A stretch of 58,878 bases of DNA, filler included, from Deltaproteobacteria bacterium (GTDB taxonomy: Bacteria; Myxococcota; JACRCW01), in the NCBI GenBank assembly GCA_016218805.1. It is 3 parts of 3 records of this genome, joined end to end, with 100 filler letters (N's around TTAATTAATTAA, not from the genome) between each part and the next. Parts side by side here need not be neighbours in the genome. Positions count along the whole stretch, not along the records: positions 21,901 to 49,342 come from JACRCW010000024.1; 2 more parts are not named here. One strand, written 5' to 3'. The notes under the pieces were generated by a model. The model saw nothing but the letters and a program-made list of their open reading frames with translations, had not been told where the DNA came from and made no database searches. A program made the translations under genes and the position numbers. Of this stretch, positions 34,235 to 44,239 are shown piece by piece. How positions within the stretch are numbered: the first letter of the stretch is position 1; each line of letters opens with the position of its first letter.

Positions 34235-35530
34235 ATGGCTCCCCTTCTCCCGCTCCTTCTCCTCGGCGCTGGCGGCCTCCCGGACGCGCAGCACGTGGTG
34301 CTGCTGGTCCGCGTGGAACCCGATACCGACGCCACCGCCGCCCTGGCGCTTGAGTCCGTGGCGCGCAAGCAGCTGGCGGATTCGCTGGGAACCCAGGTGC
34401 TGCCGCCGCCGGACCCGTTCCCGGAAGCCGCCGCACAGCGCGCGGAGGGTGAGCGGCTCACCACCGTGGCCAAGGAGAAGGCCGGCGCCCTGGAAATGGC
34501 CGAAGCGCTGGATGCCGCGGAGGCGGCCGTCCGCGCGCTGGAACAGGCGGCCGTGACCCCGCAGGGCGTCAAGCAGCTGGCGGAGGGGCACGCCCTGGCG
34601 ATGATTGCGTCCACGTGGAACGGCAAGAATGCGGCCGCGGAGGAGCACGCGCGGCGCGCGTACCTGCTGGTTCCCTCCCTGTCCCTGGACAAGTCCATTG
34701 CCACCGCGGACGACGAGGCCCTGTTCAAGAAGGCCGCCAAGTCCGTGGCGGCCCAGCAGAAGGGCGCACTGGAGGTGGCCAGCGTGCCACCGGGCGCGCA
34801 GGTGTTTGTGGACGGACAGGCGCTGGGGCAGACGCCGCTGGCCAAGAAGGACATGCCCGCCGGGCCGCACCTGGTGCAGCTGGTGCTGCCGTGGCGCCAC
34901 GCGGTGATGACGGAGGTGACCGTGTCACCCGGCGGCGTCAGCCGCGCCGAGCACACCTTCAAGGACCTGCCGCGCATGGAGGCCGTGCGCACGGCGCTGG
35001 CCAAGGAACCGCTCAAGGACAAGGCGGGGGAGTGGCGCAAGGCGGCGGTGGAGTTGGGCGCGGACAACGCGGTTGTTCTCGTGGTGGCCAAAGACCCCAA
35101 GGACGCCGCGCGCTTCAGCGTGTCCGCGCACCTGTTTGCGCTCAAGGACGGTGCGCGCCGCCGCCGCGCTGAGTTGGCCGTCCCGCGTGACAAGCCGGAG
35201 GAGGTGGCGGCGCTGATCAAGGACGTGCTGGACCTGGCCAAGGGCAGCGGGGCGTCCACCGCCAGCCCGGGTGTGGCCAGTGCCCCCGAGGTTGCACCGG
35301 ACGAGCCCGCCGCGGCGGCAGGCGGCGGCGGCGGCAAGCCGTCCCTGCTGCCATGGATCGTCGTGGGGGTGGCGGTGCCCGCCGCCATTGTCCTGGGACT
35401 GGCGGGCGGCGCGGCGGTGGGCGCCGGGGCCAGCAGCGCCATCTGGTTCAACCTGCTGCAGCAACAGCGCGCCGCGGACCGCGCCCAGGCGCGCCGCCGG
35501 CAGGCTGCCACGACGGTGCTTGGTTACTGA
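34235..35530 (+). CDS. PEGA domain-containing protein with C-terminal TM
   Basis: SD AAGGAGG and signal peptide. PEGA motif LEVASVPPGAQVFVDG...GQTPL...GPHLV and a hydrophobic C-terminus. Confidence 0.85.
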   Translation: MAPLLPLLLLGAGGLPDAQHVVLLVRVEPDTDATAALALESVARKQLADSLGTQVLPPPDPFPEAAAQRAEGERLTTVAKEKAGALEMAEALDAAEAAVRALEQAAVTPQGVKQLAEGHALAMIASTWNGKNAAAEEHARRAYLLVPSLSLDKSIATADDEALFKKAAKSVAAQQKGALEVASVPPGAQVFVDGQALGQTPLAKKDMPAGPHLVQLVLPWRHAVMTEVTVSPGGVSRAEHTFKDLPRMEAVRTALAKEPLKDKAGEWRKAAVELGADNAVVLVVAKDPKDAARFSVSAHLFALKDGARRRRAELAVPRDKPEEVAALIKDVLDLAKGSGASTASPGVASAPEVAPDEPAAAAGGGGGKPSLLPWIVVGVAVPAAIVLGLAGGAAVGAGASSAIWFNLLQQQRAADRAQARRRQAATTVLGY

Positions 35531-35542
35531 CGCGCCCGCCGG

Positions 35543-36739
35543 TCAGACCGCTTCCAACACCAGCGCAATGCCCTGGCCCCCGCCAATGCACGCGCTGCCG
35601 ATGGCGTAGCGCCCGCCGCGCTGCTTGAGCGCATACAGCAGGTGCGTGGTGATGCGCGCACCGGAGGCACCCAGCGGGTGGCCCATGGCAATGGCGCCGC
35701 CGTCCACGTTGGTCTTCTCGCGCTCCAGGCCCAGCTCCTTCTCCACCGCCAGGTACTGCGGCGCAAAGGCCTCATTCACCTCAAACAGGTCAATGTCCTT
35801 GAGCTGGCTGTGCGTGCGCTCCAGCGCCTGGCGGATGGCGGGCGCGGGGCCAATGCCCATGATCTTGGGATCACACCCGGAGATGCCCCAGCCCAACAGC
35901 CGGCCCATGGGTTTGAGGCCGCGCTTGCGGGCAAACTCCGCCGTGGCAATGACCATGGCCGCAGCACCGTCACAGATGCCGGAGGCCGCACCGGCGTGGA
36001 TGACGCCGTCCTTCTTGAACACCTTGGGCAGCTTCTTGAGGCTCTCCACCGTGGTCTCGGGACGCACGTGTTCGTCCTTGAGGAACTGCGTGGTGCCCTT
36101 GCGGCTGACCAGCTCCACCGGCGTGATCTCATCCGTGAAGCGGCCCGCCTCCTGGGCCGCCGCGGCGCGCTTCTGGCTCAACACGCTGAAGTCATCCACC
36201 TCGCCCTGGCTGATGCGGTACTGCTCCGCCAGCGTCTCCGCCGTCATGGCCATGGGCAGCCCGGTGTAGCTGTCCGTCAGCGCGCTCCACAGCATGTCCT
36301 CCAGCTGCGTGGGCTTGCCAAAGGGCAGCCCCGTCCGCGCCCCGCGGACAATGAACGGCGCCTGGCTCATGCTCTCCGTCCCGCCCACCAGCACGCACTG
36401 CGCCTGCCCCGTCATCAGCTGCTCCGCGCCGCTGACCACGGACTGGAAGCCGCTGCCGCAAAGGCGGTTCACCGTCAGCGCGGGCACCCGCACGGGAATG
36501 CCGGCCTTCAGGCCCACGTGGCGTGACAGGTAGATGGCATCCGGGCTGGTCTGGCAGACGTTGCCCATGATCACGTGGTCCACGTCCTCCACGTTCACGC
36601 CGGACTGCGCCAGCGCCGCCTTGGCGGCCACCACGCCCAGGTCCGTGGCGGACTGGTCCTTGAGGGACCCGTTGAACGTCCCGAACGCCGTGCGCTTGGC
36701 CGAGAGGAACACGATGTCCGTGCTGACGAACGGCTTCAT
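35543..36739 (-). CDS. Acetyl-CoA C-acyltransferase (thiolase)
   Basis: TVNRLCGSG (catalytic Cys), EVNEAFA, GHPLGASG and SACIGGGQG. SD GGAGG. Confidence 0.96.
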   Translation of the reverse strand: MKPFVSTDIVFLSAKRTAFGTFNGSLKDQSATDLGVVAAKAALAQSGVNVEDVDHVIMGNVCQTSPDAIYLSRHVGLKAGIPVRVPALTVNRLCGSGFQSVVSGAEQLMTGQAQCVLVGGTESMSQAPFIVRGARTGLPFGKPTQLEDMLWSALTDSYTGLPMAMTAETLAEQYRISQGEVDDFSVLSQKRAAAAQEAGRFTDEITPVELVSRKGTTQFLKDEHVRPETTVESLKKLPKVFKKDGVIHAGAASGICDGAAAMVIATAEFARKRGLKPMGRLLGWGISGCDPKIMGIGPAPAIRQALERTHSQLKDIDLFEVNEAFAPQYLAVEKELGLEREKTNVDGGAIAMGHPLGASGARITTHLLYALKQRGGRYAIGSACIGGGQGIALVLEAV

Positions 36740-36915
36740 GATGGCAGAACCTCCGTGGGGCCCACCGCCCCGTGGAAACGTGATGGCGCGCCTTATGGCA
36801 AGCGGGGGACCGGGCGACAAGCGGGTCAAACCGCGCACGCGGTTGCCCGTGCGCCCGCGGGCCGCTAGTTGGCCCGTCGCCGCGCGATGACGACGCGGCG
36901 TCCTGGAGGAGCAGC

Positions 36916-38898
36916 ATGGCCACGCGCACGGTGAAGATCCCCAACGAAGTCCTCTTCCTCACCGAGGACCCGGACCTGCTCAAGCGTCAGCTGCAGGGCG
37001 AGAAGATCCGCCACGACCCGGCGCGCCCCCTCATCAACAACATCTCCACCGACGAGCTCACGCCCGGATGGGTCTGCTACTGGTACGACGAGACGCTGGG
37101 CCACTACTGCCTGGTGGGCCTGCGCGGCGGCGTGGTGCAGAAGGACGCGCTGTTCAACCGCCGCCCCGCCGTCGTTGTCAGCGGGCTGTCCAAGGGGTGC
37201 GGGTCCTCGCGCGAGACCGCGCCCTACAGCGAACTGGTGGCCGGCGTGAAGCTGGTCGTCGCCAAGACCATTGAGAAGATCTACGGGCAGAACTGCCAGA
37301 ACATCGGGCTGTTGACGTCCACGGACTTCTCGCTGCTGGAGCGCATTGAGCGCGACGAAGAAATCCCGATGAGCGAGTTCACCCGCGGGCTGGACCCCAT
37401 CAGCGCGGGCATCGTCGAGAACGGCGGCCTGTTTGCGTACAACCGGCGCCGTCTGGCCGGCGAGGTGTCCCCGCCCGCGGTCACCACCGCCGCGCGTCCC
37501 ATGACGGTGGCTGAGAAGGTCATTGCCCGCAACGCGATTGTGGACGCGAAAGCGGGGAAGCTGGGCGTCACCGCCGTGCAGCCGGGGGACGCGCTGTTCT
37601 GCAAGGCGGACCTCCGCTTCACGCACGAATACGTCACGCCCATGGCCGAAGCGCTGTTCACGGCGAACTTTGGCAAGGAGGGCAAGGTGCGCGACGTGTC
37701 CTCCGTGGTGGCGTTCCGCGATCACCTCACGTTCCTGGGCCAGGTGATGACGCAGAAACAGAAGGACATGGGCCTGCTGAAGCTGGCGGATGATCTTGCC
37801 GTGGTGCAGTCCGCCTTCACGCAGAAGCAGGGCATCCGCCTGTACGGTGAGGTGAAGGGCGCGGACGGCAAGGTCACCGGCTCCGAGGCCATCTGCCACA
37901 ACGGTGTGCTGGAAGACCTGGCGCTGCCCGGGCAGCTGGTCATCGGCAGTGACAGCCATACCTGCACCGCGGGGGCGATTGGGTGCTTTGCATTTGGCGT
38001 AGGCGCCACGGACATGGCCAACGCGTGGTTCACCGGTGATATCCGCGTCACCGTGCCCCGGACCGTTCGGTACAACCTGGTGGGCGAGCCGTCCAAGGAC
38101 ATCTGTGCCAAGGACATCATCCTGAACATCATGGCGCAGGACTACATCAAGAGCGGCAAGGCCATTGGACAGGTGCTGGAGTTTGGCGGGCCCGCGGTGG
38201 CCCGGCTCAACCTGGATGAGCGCGCCACGCTGACCAACATGGCGGTGGAGGCGGGCGCCACCACCGGCATTGTGGAGGCGGATGAGACCACCGTGCGCTA
38301 CCTGGTGGACGGGCGCGGGCTGAAGGCGGATGACGTGCGGAAGATGCTGGTGCACGCGGACAAAGGCGCGGCGTACGCGGCGGAGTTCACCATTGACCTT
38401 GCAAAGATCCGCCCGGTGGTGGCGCTGCCCGGTGACCCGCGCAACGGCGTGGAACTGCCGGAACTGCAGGAAAAGAAGGGGCGCGTGAAGGTGGACATCG
38501 CCTACGGCGGGTCCTGCACGGGCGGCAAGAAGACGGACATGGACATGTACGCGTCCGTGCTGGCGGAGGGCCTCAAGCGCGGCATGAAGGTCCGTGACGA
38601 CGTGGCGATGTACATCCAGTTCGGCAGCCAGAAGATCAAGCAGTATGCGGTGCAGCAGGGTTACCTGGAGGTGTTTGCCAGGTCCGGCGCGCGCGTCATT
38701 GAGCCGTCCTGCGGCGCGTGCATCAAGGCGGGCCCCGGCGTGTCCTTCAAGGAGACGGAGGTGACCGTGTCCGCCATCAACCGCAACTTCCCCGGGCGCT
38801 CCGGTCCGGGTGACGTCTATCTGGCGAGCCCGTTCGTGGTGGCGGCCAGCGCGCTGGCCGGGCACATCACGTCCCCCGAAGAGCTTTTCAAGGCGTGA
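36916..38898 (+). CDS. Aconitase-superfamily hydratase/isomerase, fused LeuD-like (N-terminal) plus LeuC-like (C-terminal)
   Basis: N-terminal NISTDELTP and GCGSSRE. C-terminal ICHN, GSDSHTCTAGA, GGSCTGG, PSCGAC and NRNFPGRSG. SD GGAGGAG. Confidence 0.9.
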   Translation: MATRTVKIPNEVLFLTEDPDLLKRQLQGEKIRHDPARPLINNISTDELTPGWVCYWYDETLGHYCLVGLRGGVVQKDALFNRRPAVVVSGLSKGCGSSRETAPYSELVAGVKLVVAKTIEKIYGQNCQNIGLLTSTDFSLLERIERDEEIPMSEFTRGLDPISAGIVENGGLFAYNRRRLAGEVSPPAVTTAARPMTVAEKVIARNAIVDAKAGKLGVTAVQPGDALFCKADLRFTHEYVTPMAEALFTANFGKEGKVRDVSSVVAFRDHLTFLGQVMTQKQKDMGLLKLADDLAVVQSAFTQKQGIRLYGEVKGADGKVTGSEAICHNGVLEDLALPGQLVIGSDSHTCTAGAIGCFAFGVGATDMANAWFTGDIRVTVPRTVRYNLVGEPSKDICAKDIILNIMAQDYIKSGKAIGQVLEFGGPAVARLNLDERATLTNMAVEAGATTGIVEADETTVRYLVDGRGLKADDVRKMLVHADKGAAYAAEFTIDLAKIRPVVALPGDPRNGVELPELQEKKGRVKVDIAYGGSCTGGKKTDMDMYASVLAEGLKRGMKVRDDVAMYIQFGSQKIKQYAVQQGYLEVFARSGARVIEPSCGACIKAGPGVSFKETEVTVSAINRNFPGRSGPGDVYLASPFVVAASALAGHITSPEELFKA

Positions 38899-38914
38899 GC
38901 GCGGGGCCGCCGGG

Positions 38915-39745
38915 TCAGAACGGACGCCGGTAGGAGAGTGCACCGCGGTCACGCGCCGCCAGCACGTCCGCGCAGGTGGCACCCGCGCTGCCGCGGATGA
39001 ATTGGAACCAGCTCGCCTTGGGGTCAGGGTCCGGCCGCTGGTCCGTGTCACCCGCGCTCTGCCCGGCCAGGCGGATGTTGGAGTCCAGCATCTTCTGCTC
39101 CGCCTTTTCCGTCGGAACCAGGCCAATGAGTTCGTCCACGGTCCGCGCCACGCCGTCCAGCGAAAACACCGAGCGGTTCACGATGTGCCCCTCGCCGTTG
39201 AAACTGCCGCTGACGTGCACCGTCACGCCGGGCTGGCCGTCCTCATCCTCATCCAGCATCCAACTCCGCTGCGGATCCCGCTGGTAGTTGTCCTTGTTGG
39301 GCAGGTCCGTGTGCTCCGGGTCCGGCAGGTTCTGCACGCCCCACAGGTCCACGTATTTGTCCGCCAGCAACTCGCCCTTTGCGTCATCCACCCGGAGGAT
39401 CAGCGTGGAAGGGCGCAGCTTGTGCAGCGTCTCATCCGTGAAGGTGTTGTGCGTTCCCTCCACCTCAAACACGTCATCCCAGCACCAGCGGGCCACCATG
39501 CGGTAGACCCGCTCATCGGGGTGCCAGGTGATCTCCAACAGCCGCCCGCCGTTGGCCCCCGCGTTGCGGTTTCCAAACACCGGCAGGCGGATGATGGTGG
39601 CGAATTCAATCTGCCCGTACCAGGTGCCCGCCAGCTGACCTTCCTCCAACGGCACCCCCGGCACGCCAATGTCAGACGAATACGCCCGCGGCCCGCAGGC
39701 CGCACACAGCGGCAGCGCCGCCGCCAGTAGCAGTGACCTGTGCAT
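38915..39745 (-). CDS. Hypothetical lipoprotein with DxDxDG motif
   Basis: Lipobox-like LCAAC, DEDEDGQPGVTV and a beta-rich body. Confidence 0.7.
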   Translation of the reverse strand: MHRSLLLAAALPLCAACGPRAYSSDIGVPGVPLEEGQLAGTWYGQIEFATIIRLPVFGNRNAGANGGRLLEITWHPDERVYRMVARWCWDDVFEVEGTHNTFTDETLHKLRPSTLILRVDDAKGELLADKYVDLWGVQNLPDPEHTDLPNKDNYQRDPQRSWMLDEDEDGQPGVTVHVSGSFNGEGHIVNRSVFSLDGVARTVDELIGLVPTEKAEQKMLDSNIRLAGQSAGDTDQRPDPDPKASWFQFIRGSAGATCADVLAARDRGALSYRRPF

Positions 39746-39845
39746 GGGGGCAGGTTGCCCGCGCGTGCACGCACTGACAAGGCGGTTGCGCGTCAACCGG
39801 TGGTCAGGGCGCGCCACGCCGTGTTGACGGCCGAATCTGTGCGGT

Positions 39846-40169
39846 GTGAGCTTCCCCGTCGTGGCAGCGACCGCGCACCTGGTGATCCACCACGCTGACG
39901 GGGACACCTTCTATCTGCTCACGCACCCCAACATTGTGCTGGGGCGCGTGGACAGCGCGGATGTGGTGCTGCATGACGCCGCGGTGAGCCGCGTCCACGC
40001 GCGCGTGGTGGAACTGGAGGGCGTGCACCACGTCATGGACCTGTCCAGCCGCACGGGTACGCGCGTTAACGGCCGCGCCGTGGACGAATACGGCGCCCCG
40101 CTGCTGGACGGCGACAGCATCCAGGTGGGCAACGTGCGCGTGACCTACCGGCGCGGTGCGCCGGGTTGA
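39846..40169 (+). CDS. Stand-alone FHA domain protein
   Basis: LGR, VSRVHA, DLSSRTGTRVNG and LLDGDSIQVG. Confidence 0.88.
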   Translation: MSFPVVAATAHLVIHHADGDTFYLLTHPNIVLGRVDSADVVLHDAAVSRVHARVVELEGVHHVMDLSSRTGTRVNGRAVDEYGAPLLDGDSIQVGNVRVTYRRGAPG

Positions 40170-40172
40170 TGC

Positions 40173-41249
40173 TCACCTGGGCGCGGCAGCGGCCTGCGCG
40201 TCCTGCGTCTCAGAAGCCGGCAGCAGCGCCATGACCAGCAGCACCACGCCTGCACCAAAGGTCACCACGGCGCTCCCCGCCAGCACCAGGAACCCGCCCA
40301 CGCCCACCACCGCCCCGGGCACGGACAGCGGGCGGTGCTCCTCGTGCTGGGCGGCGGACCAGCCAGTGCCGCACATCTTGAGCGGGTTGGTGCTGCCGGT
40401 GTTGGGGCTGCCGTTCTGCATGATCAGCGGTTCTTCGCACCCGTTGGGACCGGCCCACACCTGCGGGCCCAGGTAGACCACGGTGAGCAGGAACGGCGCG
40501 GCCAGCAGCAGCGGGGGCACCGCCAGCGCCATCACCAGGGGGCCCACCCAGATGGGCAGCCACGGGAACATGCGCTTGCTGCCGGTGCTCTCGGCCGGCT
40601 TGTTCTTGGCGGCCTCGGCGGCGCGGCGGCGCGCCTCGTCCTCTTCGGCCTTCCGGCGGCGCGCCTCCTCCTCTTCCTGCTCGCGGCGCTTGCGCGCCTC
40701 CTCGTCGTCATCCACCTGCTTGGTGCCAGTGCTGCTGTCGGCGGAGGCGCCTTCATCCGGACAGCCGGGGCGGCCCGGCTGCATGTTGCCCTCTGACGAG
40801 AACTCCACGCGGCGGTTGGACGCCCACGAATCCTCGTCGTGGCCGCCCACCTCGGGGCGCTCCTCGCCGTAGCTGACCACGCGCAGCCGCGCGCCGGGGA
40901 CGCCCAGCCCCTCCAGGTAGTTCTTCACCGTCAACGCGCGGCGTTCGCCCAGGGCCAGGTTGTATTCCGCCGTGCCGCGCTCATCCGCGTGGCCCATCAG
41001 GACCAGCTGCAGCTTCTCTTGGGACTTGAGACAACGCGCGGCCGCGGCCAGCTGGTCACGGTACTGCACGTCCAGCTTGTCATCATTGAAGCCAAACCGG
41101 ATCTTGATGACCTTCATATCCAGCGGCTTGGACTCCGCCGCCTGGGCCACAAGCCGCGCCGCAGCGGGCGCGGCCGCCCCGGACACGGGCTGGGGAGTGG
41201 GAAGCAGGCTGGTGATGACGACGGAAACGGTGGTCAGCAGCGTAATCAT
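40173..41249 (-). CDS. OmpA/Pal-like peptidoglycan-binding domain fused to a charged linker and C-terminal membrane segments
   Basis: GHADERGTAEYNLALGERRA, VVSYGEERP and NRRVEF, then an EEEARRRK linker and two long hydrophobic segments. No lipobox Cys. Confidence 0.88.
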   Translation of the reverse strand: MITLLTTVSVVITSLLPTPQPVSGAAAPAAARLVAQAAESKPLDMKVIKIRFGFNDDKLDVQYRDQLAAAARCLKSQEKLQLVLMGHADERGTAEYNLALGERRALTVKNYLEGLGVPGARLRVVSYGEERPEVGGHDEDSWASNRRVEFSSEGNMQPGRPGCPDEGASADSSTGTKQVDDDEEARKRREQEEEEARRRKAEEDEARRRAAEAAKNKPAESTGSKRMFPWLPIWVGPLVMALAVPPLLLAAPFLLTVVYLGPQVWAGPNGCEEPLIMQNGSPNTGSTNPLKMCGTGWSAAQHEEHRPLSVPGAVVGVGGFLVLAGSAVVTFGAGVVLLVMALLPASETQDAQAAAAPR

Positions 41250-41335
41250 GGCGCCGGGCGTCCTCCGAGGCGCGGGACCCTACACCCAACCCTGATCCGC
41301 GACCAAGCACGATTCGCGGGCGGGCCGGAGATTGT

Positions 41336-44128
41336 TCAGGGGTGCACTTCCAGCACCTTGAGTTCAGCAATGTTCACGCGATTGAACGTCGCGGAACCGC
41401 CGGTGCCCGCCGTGTACGCGCCGAAATGCGCGAATGAAGACATGTTCAGTGCGTCGGCTCCGTTGTCAATCACCACGCGATAGGCGGTGCCCGCCACCAG
41501 GTCTGCGGCCACGAACGTGGCATCCTGCCACGCATCCCAAGTCCCCAGCTGCGGCATGGCGAGGTGTCCGGTGGCCATGTCCGTCCCGTCCGGCAGCCGC
41601 TGCACGCGCAGGCGCTTCACGCTGCACGTGATCCCGGTGCTCACCGGCCCGGCGCCGTTCCCGGCGACGACCTGCAGCAGGTGCCGTCCGGAACGCACGG
41701 GTGTGAAGGAGGGCAGCGTCAGGCTGTGGCCAGGGTCACCCCAGTTCTCAAAGTGATGGCGGCCGTGGTTGAGCACGTACGTGCCGCCCACGTTCTGCAG
41801 CGCGCCCGCCGGGAAGGACTGGATGCGGTCCGTGGCGGCGCCCCAGGCGCAGACGGCGGCGGCGTGCTGCGAGCGGTTTCCCCCGACGAGAAAGACCAGC
41901 TCCGCGGTGTAGCAGGGCGCGCGGTCCGTGGGTGCGCCGGTGTCCAGGTATGAGGTGGTGCTGCCCGGAAGGTTCGCGGCGATGCGGGTGCCGTCCCGCA
42001 GGATGTTCCAGGTGACGTCGGTGGGGGCTTCGCCGGCCGCGTCCAGGGCAAGCCGGACGCCGCCCGCTTCCACGGAGGCGCTGGTGATGACGGGTGTCCG
42101 CGGACCAAAGATGCGCCGGTAGTCCGTGGTGTCAGTGATCTGCGTGAGCGTGCGCGCGGGCGTCCCGGTGGACGTGAGGGTGACCCGCACCAGGTTGCGC
42201 GCGCCCAGCGCGTCCCAGGACACCGGCCCCGCAAGGGCCACGCCGTTGAGCGCCACGGTGCCCACGCCGTAGGCGCCGTCCGTCGCTGCATCGCCCGCGG
42301 GGAGGTCCAGTACGACGTGAACTTCCTTGCCGCGCCAGTGATACCCGTCCAGCGCAATGCTGGATGCGCCGGGGAACCACGCTTGCCGCACCGCGCGCGG
42401 CAGGAACGGGCGGACCATCAATCCCGCCGCGTCATGCTCCAGGCCAAACAAGACCTGGTGCACCATGGACACAAACCCAGCCACGCTCCACAGCTGCCGC
42501 TGCGAGTTCACCACCGGCCCGGAGTACGCCCCATCGTCGAGGTACGCGTCGCCGCTGACGATCTCGAAATTCTCCATGTTGGACAGGTTCAGCGCCGCGG
42601 CCCGCACCAGCGTGCGGACGCCGTGTGCCACCACGGCGTCGTGACCTGCACGGCGGGCAGCCCGCATGGCGTACGCCGTCACAAACGGCCACGCCGCGCG
42701 GTTGTGGTAGATGGGCGTCTCCTTCTGTTGCGGCCAGGTCACCGGCGCGCCGCGCTCCAGGTGCGGGTAGGTGGACAGCATGTCCAGCGCCTGGGGCGCA
42801 TCAGCCACGTCAAACAGGATGGCCAATGCGTCCGCCAGCAGGTCACGCCGTGCCACGGGCGCCGGGTCCAGCGGTCCGGGGACGTACGCGCCAAACACCC
42901 CCCAGTCCGGCACCACCAACGCCGCCCGCATGGACGTGCGCAGCGCGTCGGCCCAGCCCTGGTAGCGGGCGGCCGCGGTGGCGTCGCCGCGTTCGGCAAG
43001 CCAGGTGGACAGTGTGCGCAGCGCGGCCAGGTGGAGCGTGTTGGTGGACAGCGCGCGGCCTTGCGCAATGCGCGCCGGGTCGGTGGCGGTCCACGCGGGA
43101 TAGGTCTGTTCGCGCCAGTCCAGGAAGCTTGTCTCACCCGGGTAGAGGCCCGCCAGCGCGTCAAAGACCACGCGGCGGTCCCGCTCCATGGTGTTCTGCA
43201 GCGCGGGGATGGCGGCGTCCAGGAACGCGGCCCGCGCGGCCGGCTCCAGGTGGTGCACCAGCGCGCCCGCGCCCAGCGCCCACGCCACCCGGTCGGTGGA
43301 AACCGGCCACGAACCCCCGGTACCCGTGTCCTGCACAATCTCCGGCAGCGTCCCGTCCCGCCGGGCGGAGAGCTTGAACAGCAGCGAGTTGGCCGCGCGC
43401 TGCGGGTCCAGCGCGCCCAGCCCCAGGTGCACGCTGTAGGCGACGTCCCGCGTCCACACGTACGTCCACAGCCGGCCCGTCTCAAAGCAGCCCCCCGCGG
43501 GGCAACTCAGCGGTGCCCCGTTGCTGAACGACCCATCGTGGATCGACGCCACGCTGTTGTCGCGCACCTCCTGCAGGGCCAGCGCGTGCAGCGCATCCAG
43601 CATGGGGTTGCCCGTCTGCAGCGACGGCCAGCCGGGCTGTTCGGTGATGATGCGTGGACTGGCGGGCAGCCCGTCCCGGCGGGTGGCGTTGCTCGTGAGG
43701 GTCCAGGTCCGCGCGCACCCGGTGCCGGACACCCACGTTGCCGTTGCCTGCCGCGCACCGTCATCCACGCGCGCTGTGGTGGCCGCTGAACCGCCCATCA
43801 CCGCCTCCACGCATGCCGGGACCACCCACGCCGCATCCACCGCACTTGCCGCGTCCGTGGCGCCTGCGTCCGCCGGGGGCTGCGCCGCGTCCACCACCGC
43901 CGCATCCGGTGCCACGGCAGCGTCGGCGGGACCCGCATCAGGGAGGCCAGCGTCGGCAGGCGGCTGCGCCGCGTCCGCACCACCGGCGTCGGGACCCGCG
44001 TCGTGTACAGCCGCATCCGGGGCGGGGTGGCCGCTGTCCGTTGGGGGCGTGCCCGCATCCATGCCCCCGGGGCGTGGACAGCCCGCACAGCCCAGGACGG
44101 TGAACAGCACAACCGGCGCGCGGCGCAT
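41336..44128 (-). CDS. Lipoprotein glycoside hydrolase ((alpha/alpha)6, amylo-alpha-1,6-glucosidase/MGH1-like) with C-terminal FN3/CBM-like domains
   Basis: Lipobox-like GCAGC and a DAG-repeat linker. Motifs YVWTRD, QDTGTGGSWP, SFLDWREQTYP, YHNRAAWPFV and NSQRQLWS. Confidence 0.8.
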   Translation of the reverse strand: MRRAPVVLFTVLGCAGCPRPGGMDAGTPPTDSGHPAPDAAVHDAGPDAGGADAAQPPADAGLPDAGPADAAVAPDAAVVDAAQPPADAGATDAASAVDAAWVVPACVEAVMGGSAATTARVDDGARQATATWVSGTGCARTWTLTSNATRRDGLPASPRIITEQPGWPSLQTGNPMLDALHALALQEVRDNSVASIHDGSFSNGAPLSCPAGGCFETGRLWTYVWTRDVAYSVHLGLGALDPQRAANSLLFKLSARRDGTLPEIVQDTGTGGSWPVSTDRVAWALGAGALVHHLEPAARAAFLDAAIPALQNTMERDRRVVFDALAGLYPGETSFLDWREQTYPAWTATDPARIAQGRALSTNTLHLAALRTLSTWLAERGDATAAARYQGWADALRTSMRAALVVPDWGVFGAYVPGPLDPAPVARRDLLADALAILFDVADAPQALDMLSTYPHLERGAPVTWPQQKETPIYHNRAAWPFVTAYAMRAARRAGHDAVVAHGVRTLVRAAALNLSNMENFEIVSGDAYLDDGAYSGPVVNSQRQLWSVAGFVSMVHQVLFGLEHDAAGLMVRPFLPRAVRQAWFPGASSIALDGYHWRGKEVHVVLDLPAGDAATDGAYGVGTVALNGVALAGPVSWDALGARNLVRVTLTSTGTPARTLTQITDTTDYRRIFGPRTPVITSASVEAGGVRLALDAAGEAPTDVTWNILRDGTRIAANLPGSTTSYLDTGAPTDRAPCYTAELVFLVGGNRSQHAAAVCAWGAATDRIQSFPAGALQNVGGTYVLNHGRHHFENWGDPGHSLTLPSFTPVRSGRHLLQVVAGNGAGPVSTGITCSVKRLRVQRLPDGTDMATGHLAMPQLGTWDAWQDATFVAADLVAGTAYRVVIDNGADALNMSSFAHFGAYTAGTGGSATFNRVNIAELKVLEVHP
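43830..44065 (-). repeat. DAG/DAA low-complexity coding repeat including a duplicated DAAQPPADAG
   Basis: GGCTGCGCCGCGTCC occurs twice (near 43877 and 43962). The translation has many DAG/DAA units. Confidence 0.65.
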
Positions 44129-44239
44129 GGCCACCTCCGGCGCGGGAGCCGACCACCGACGCCGCCGCGCCGCAAGACGACCGCGCCGGTGAAACAGGGG
44201 TGCGCGCGTGCTACCGCCCTTCCGGTGAGGAACCTCCCC

